NCBI GenBank assembly: GCA_950097015.1
Contig: CATNEN010000037.1
Coordinates: forward strand, 1,054,001 to 1,118,000
Direction: 5' to 3'
Length of the DNA: 64,000 nucleotides
Source: Macrostomum hystrix
Taxonomy: Eukaryota > Animalia > Platyhelminthes
The position numbers and the translations under genes are program-made. Position 1 is the stretch's first letter, and each line of letters starts with the position of its first letter. Below, one piece after another: positions 59,870 through 64,000 of this stretch. The notes below the pieces were generated by a model. It did not search any database and was not told where the DNA came from. It worked only from the letters and a program-made list of their open reading frames with translations.

Positions 59870-60770
59870 TCGCCCTAATACTCCACTCAACTCACCCTAA
59901 TTCTCCACTCAACTCACCCTCATTCTCCCCTATTCTCACGCTAATTCTCAACTTTACTTTCCCTAATTCCCCACTATACTCTCCCTAATTCCCCACTGTA
60001 CTCTCCCACATTCGCCACTCTACCTCCCTAATTCTCCACTCTACTCTCTCTAATACCCCACTCTACTCTCCCCAATACTCCACTCTACTCTCCTCAATAC
60101 TCCACTCTACTCTCCCCAATACCCCACTCTACTCTCCTCAATACTCCACTCTACTCTCCTCAATACTCCACTCTACTCTCCCCAATACTCCACTCTACTC
60201 TCCCCAATACTCCACTATACTCTCTCTAATTCCCCATTCTACTCTCTCTAATTCCCCATTCTACTCTCTCTAATTCCCCATTCTACTCTCTCTAATTCCC
60301 CATTCTACTCTCTCTAATTCCCCATTCTACTCTCTCTAATTCCCCATTCTACTCTCTCTAATTCCCCATTCTACTCTCTCTAATTCCCCATTCTACTCTC
60401 TCTAATTCCCTACTCTACTCTCGCTAATTCCCCCACTCTACTCTCTCTAATTCCCCACTCTACTCTCTCTAATTCCCCATTCTGCTCTCTCTAATTCCCT
60501 ACTCTACTCTCGCTAATTCCCCCACTCTACTCTCTCTAATTCCCCACTCTACTCTCTCTAATTCCCCATTCTACTCTCTCTAATTCCCTACTCTACTCTC
60601 GCTAATTCCCCCAATCTACTCTCTCTAATTCCCTACTCTACTCTCGCTAATTCCCCCAATCTACTCTCTCTAATTCCCTACTCTTCTTTCCTAAATTTCC
60701 CACTATTCTCTCCCTAATTCCCCACTGTATTCTCCCACATTCGCCACTCTCTCTAATTCTTCACTCTACC
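59870..60770. repeat. ~22-bp pyrimidine-rich minisatellite (CTACTCTCTCTAATTCCCCATT)
   Basis: About 40 variable copies. Confidence 0.9.
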
Positions 60771-61465
60771 CTCCCACTTTTTCCACTTTAATTCGCCAGT
60801 TTCTTGGCTATATTTATTTTTTCTAATTTGAATAAATTTGAATCGTTGGTTGTCTCTCTTTTCCTTTGCCTACTGCTCGTTAGTCACCTAAGTAGTATAG
60901 AGCGGAAAAGTTAAATTTAATGTTGTAAACAGGAAAACTGGGGCCTGTGATATCTCGGGCTATCCAGGGAAATTTCCGTCACAAGCACCTGTTGCTGCTG
61001 GCTTGTTTGCCTGCAATTTTTGCAGAAAAGTGCAAACTGGCAGACAAGCAATCCCAGGAAATTAATGCATGCTTTTATCAAGGAATTCCCATTTATTCTA
61101 TCTTTGAATAACGTCAGCGCCAAATGTGAAGGATCGATAATAACAGGCTTTTATCAAACAAGACGAAACTTGGTAAACGCATGCGTAAAATGACGCTATT
61201 GATTTTTTAAATAACGATAATGAACATACTAGCATTACTTTTTATTTCGCAAAACTAAACACAAAACTAAGTAATTGTTTGAGCTTGAATGCAAGGCGAT
61301 GATGTTTGGTTATTGATGACTTAAATGCGAATTTTAAGAATGTCACTTTTTGACAGCCTCCTAACGCAATACACTTTACTAATGGAATGCTATTCTATGC
61401 CGATTGATAGGCTAAGTTTTACCAAGGAACACATATTGTTATTATATGCTATTTTATATAAACGG

Positions 61466-61593
61466 AGCTGAGTAGCTGAGCAGTGAACGCGGTTGCCCCT
61501 CGCACCAAGGTCCCTGAGCTCGATTCCGCGGCGAGGCCACATTCATTTGGGGCGCAGCCACGGAGAGAAGGCTTGGGGGCTTGTCGTACAATT
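61466..61593 (+). mobile_element. tRNA-derived SINE family B, 3'-truncated copy
   Basis: Matches the reverse complement of about 36100-36225 (GGTCCCTGAG.TCGATTCC.CGGCGAGGCCACATT.ATTTGGGGCGCAGCC). Confidence 0.78.
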
Positions 61594-61607
61594 CCATTTT
61601 ATACTGC

Positions 61608-61937
61608 TCCATTCCATTCCATTTCATTCCATTTCATTCCATTTCATTCCATTTCATTCCATTTCATTCCATTTCATTCCATTTCATTCCATTTCATTCC
61701 ATTTCATTCCATTTCATTCCATTTCATTCCATTTCATTCCATTTCATTCCATTTCATTCCATTTCATTCCATTTCATTCCATTTCATTCCATTTCATTCC
61801 ATTTCATTCCATTTCATTCCATTTCATTCCATTTCATTCCATTTCATTCCATTTCATTCCATTTCATTCCATTTCATTCCATTTCATTCCATTTCATTCC
61901 ATTTCATTCCATTTCATTCCATTTCATTCCATTTCAT
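61608..61937. repeat. (ATTTCATTCC)n decanucleotide satellite
   Basis: About 32 perfect copies. Confidence 0.96.
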
Positions 61938-61943
61938 CCAGTA

Positions 61944-62571
61944 TCAGAACATAGCAACCGCATCCTCGCTCTCCATGCTGACTTCGCCCGTCAGACGCGA
62001 ACTCGCGACCAACGCCGCATCCGTCATCCTGGCCAGCTTGGCGGCAGCCGATGCGCCCAGCTGCTTCGGCGAAGTCAGCCTCGACTGCGGCGGCAGCGTC
62101 GGCGGCTTCCGCGGCTTCATCAACTGCTTCCTCGCTGCCAACCGGTTGATAGAGTCAGCTCTGGCCAGGCGTACTCGACCAGGCAACGCTGACGAAGGCG
62201 GAAAACAGCTTCGGCAGGAGAAGCCGAACGCTTTCGGCATTCGCGGTGCGGCCGGTCTGAAGCAGAACAACCGCGGCGGAGGCGGCGGCGGCAGCGGCGG
62301 CGGCAGCGGCGGCTGCTGCATTGGGCCGTGGCTGAAGCTTCGAGTCAGCGGAGTGAGCAGCGAAGGTCGAAATGTCAGTTCTGCCGAGGCATTAGGCGCG
62401 GCGTCGTTTGTCATCTCCTGCCGAGGCTGCCTTGACAAATTCGGCGCTGTCTGCAGCTGCGGTGGCGCCGGCAGACGCGACGACAGATGCGGACCGGGCG
62501 AGGCGTTGGTTGGAGGACGCGCAGAGAAAGGATTGCAAACTGCCGAAGCGGCCGGAGCTGCGGTGGTCAGG
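61944..62571 (-). CDS. Probable terminal exon of an unidentified Pro/Ala/Ser-rich protein; upstream exons lie beyond this island
   Basis: Minus-strand acceptor CCTCATCCCATTATCGCAG|C; open for 208 codons (LTTAAPAASAVCNPF...PPLPPPLPPPPPP...SEDAVAMF) to TGA at 61946-61944; GC-rich island. No domain recognised. Confidence 0.55.
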
Positions 62572-62624
62572 CTGCGATAATGGGATGAGGCGAATAGTTA
62601 AAGCACACAAATGACGCCTAGCCC

Positions 62625-62780
62625 AGGTGTACAGCCATTCGGTACAGCCGCAGCTAACTGTACGGCGTATCCAATCGCTGTACAGCTGTTCAGTCCATGG
62701 ACAGGGGAGTAAAATTTCTACATCAGCTGAAGCTGATACCTATTTTAAAGCTGGATGCACTAATGTATTTATTGTCTTGT
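62625..62780 (-). mobile_element. Diverged fragment of SINE family A
   Basis: Shares GTACAGCTGTTCAGTCCATGGAC and CAGCCGCAGCTA with the copies at 24.6 and 32.7 kb. Confidence 0.6.
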
Positions 62781-63369
62781 TCAATCTCAGAGGTGTCCAC
62801 TAAGACAACTCAGGGATGTCTTAAGTTAATTCATGGATCCGGAGCCATAGACAAAATCAATTACACAAGCAATTTACCTGAGCCAAGATCTTCCACGGCT
62901 GTCGCAACAAGTTTGCACTCTGTACTGAGGCATATAACTCCACAGAAACCTGTGAATTGGATTATCATGCAGCAGAGAAATGATTACTTTGATAGTCGCT
63001 CAACTTGTCCAGTGTAGGTTGTAAATAAATTTATTTATAACGACTGTTTGAGTACTTTGAGCAGTGTTTTAGCCCGGTGGACGGGGGCTAGAGATTGAGA
63101 CAGACAGAGATAACACAGGGTAGGGCTGACACTGGTTGAAAAAAAGCCTAATACGCTCGTAATAAGACGAAAACAGAAAACCGGTTGCCGCCAGTCGCGA
63201 CCGAATTTCGCGCAGGAATACAGAGGCGGCTAAAACAGGCGCTCTGGGAGCTAGAATTTAGTGAACTCTTTGAGAACAGTTCTCTGATTCTAGTTTCAAG
63301 CTGCATTAGTGACCGCCCTGAGGCGGAAAGATAATGCTGATAAGCAAGGACTTAATGAAGAATTAGGAT

Positions 63370-64000
63370 TTGATAATGAAAATTGAACTATTAAGAATGA
63401 GAGTAAGCGAATGAAAAATGAAGAGTGAAAGTTACAGAATGAAAAATGAAAAATGAAGAATAAAAAAATAATAATTAAATAGTAAAAACTAAAGAATGAA
63501 GAACGAGAGTTAAAACATGAAGAATGAAGAATGAAGAATGAAAGTTAGAGAATGATGACTGAAGAATAAAGATTGGAGAATGAAAAAAGTGACGAAAAAT
63601 GAAGAATGAAAAATGAAGTGAATGCACAATTGAAAAATGAAGAATGAAAGTTAGAAAATGAAAAATGAAGAATGAAAGTTAGAGAATGAAAAATGAAGAA
63701 TGAAAGTTAGAAAATGAAAAATGAAGAATGAGAGTTAGAAAATGAAGAATGACGAATGAAAGTTAGAAAATTAAAAATGAAGAATGAAAGTTAGAAAATG
63801 AAAAATGAAGAACGAAAGTTAGAAAATGAAAAACGAAGAATGAAAGTTAGAAAATGAAAAATGAAGAATGAAAGTTAAAAAATGAAGAAAGAAGAATGAC
63901 GAATGAAAGTTAGAAAATGAAAAATGAAGAATAAAAGTTAGAAAATGAAAAAAGAAGAATGACGAATGAAAGTTAGAAAATGAAAAATGAAGAATGAAAG
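63370..64000. repeat. ~28-bp A/G-rich minisatellite (AATGAAGAATGAAAGTTAGAAAATGAAA), runs off window end
   Basis: Direct inspection. Confidence 0.9.

Noticed and set aside
61483-62580. 365-aa plus-strand ORF
   Set aside because: It is a chimera of SINE, (ATTTCATTCC)n and the antisense of a better-supported minus-strand exon.

Overview
Eukaryotic (animal) genomic DNA with no prokaryotic features (no operons, CRISPR arrays or rRNA). GC-rich, CAG-rich exons sit in AT-rich introns packed with minisatellites. This style resembles macrostomid flatworm genomes, which is an inference only. Roughly half the window (about 33 kb by my rough sum) is tandem repeat from about 30 different arrays, so most long ORFs in the supplied track are repeat artefacts. 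Manual GT-AG, phase-consistent splicing recovers four + strand genes. (1) The last two exons of a DEG/ENaC sodium channel (2463-7048). (2) A 3-exon calmodulin-like 4-EF-hand gene (19733-20943). (3) A 5-exon, ~673-aa gene (26393-32626) with a His-Me finger/HNH homing-endonuclease-like motif (HRCDRDLCVNPGHL), NLS-like motifs and Q/A/S-rich tails; this is the most novel item. (4) A 7-exon, ~632-aa EVA-1-like receptor with two SUEL lectin domains, one TM helix and a C-terminal SYV (36553-58106); one of its introns is (GTCA)90-TTCAG. A probable terminal exon of a fifth gene lies on the minus strand (61944-62571). Mobile DNA comprises a young 2.0-kb RT-less Gypsy/Mag-type LTR element (22350-24358, GATTG TSD) and two tRNA-derived SINE families. 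All counts and alignments were done by eye.
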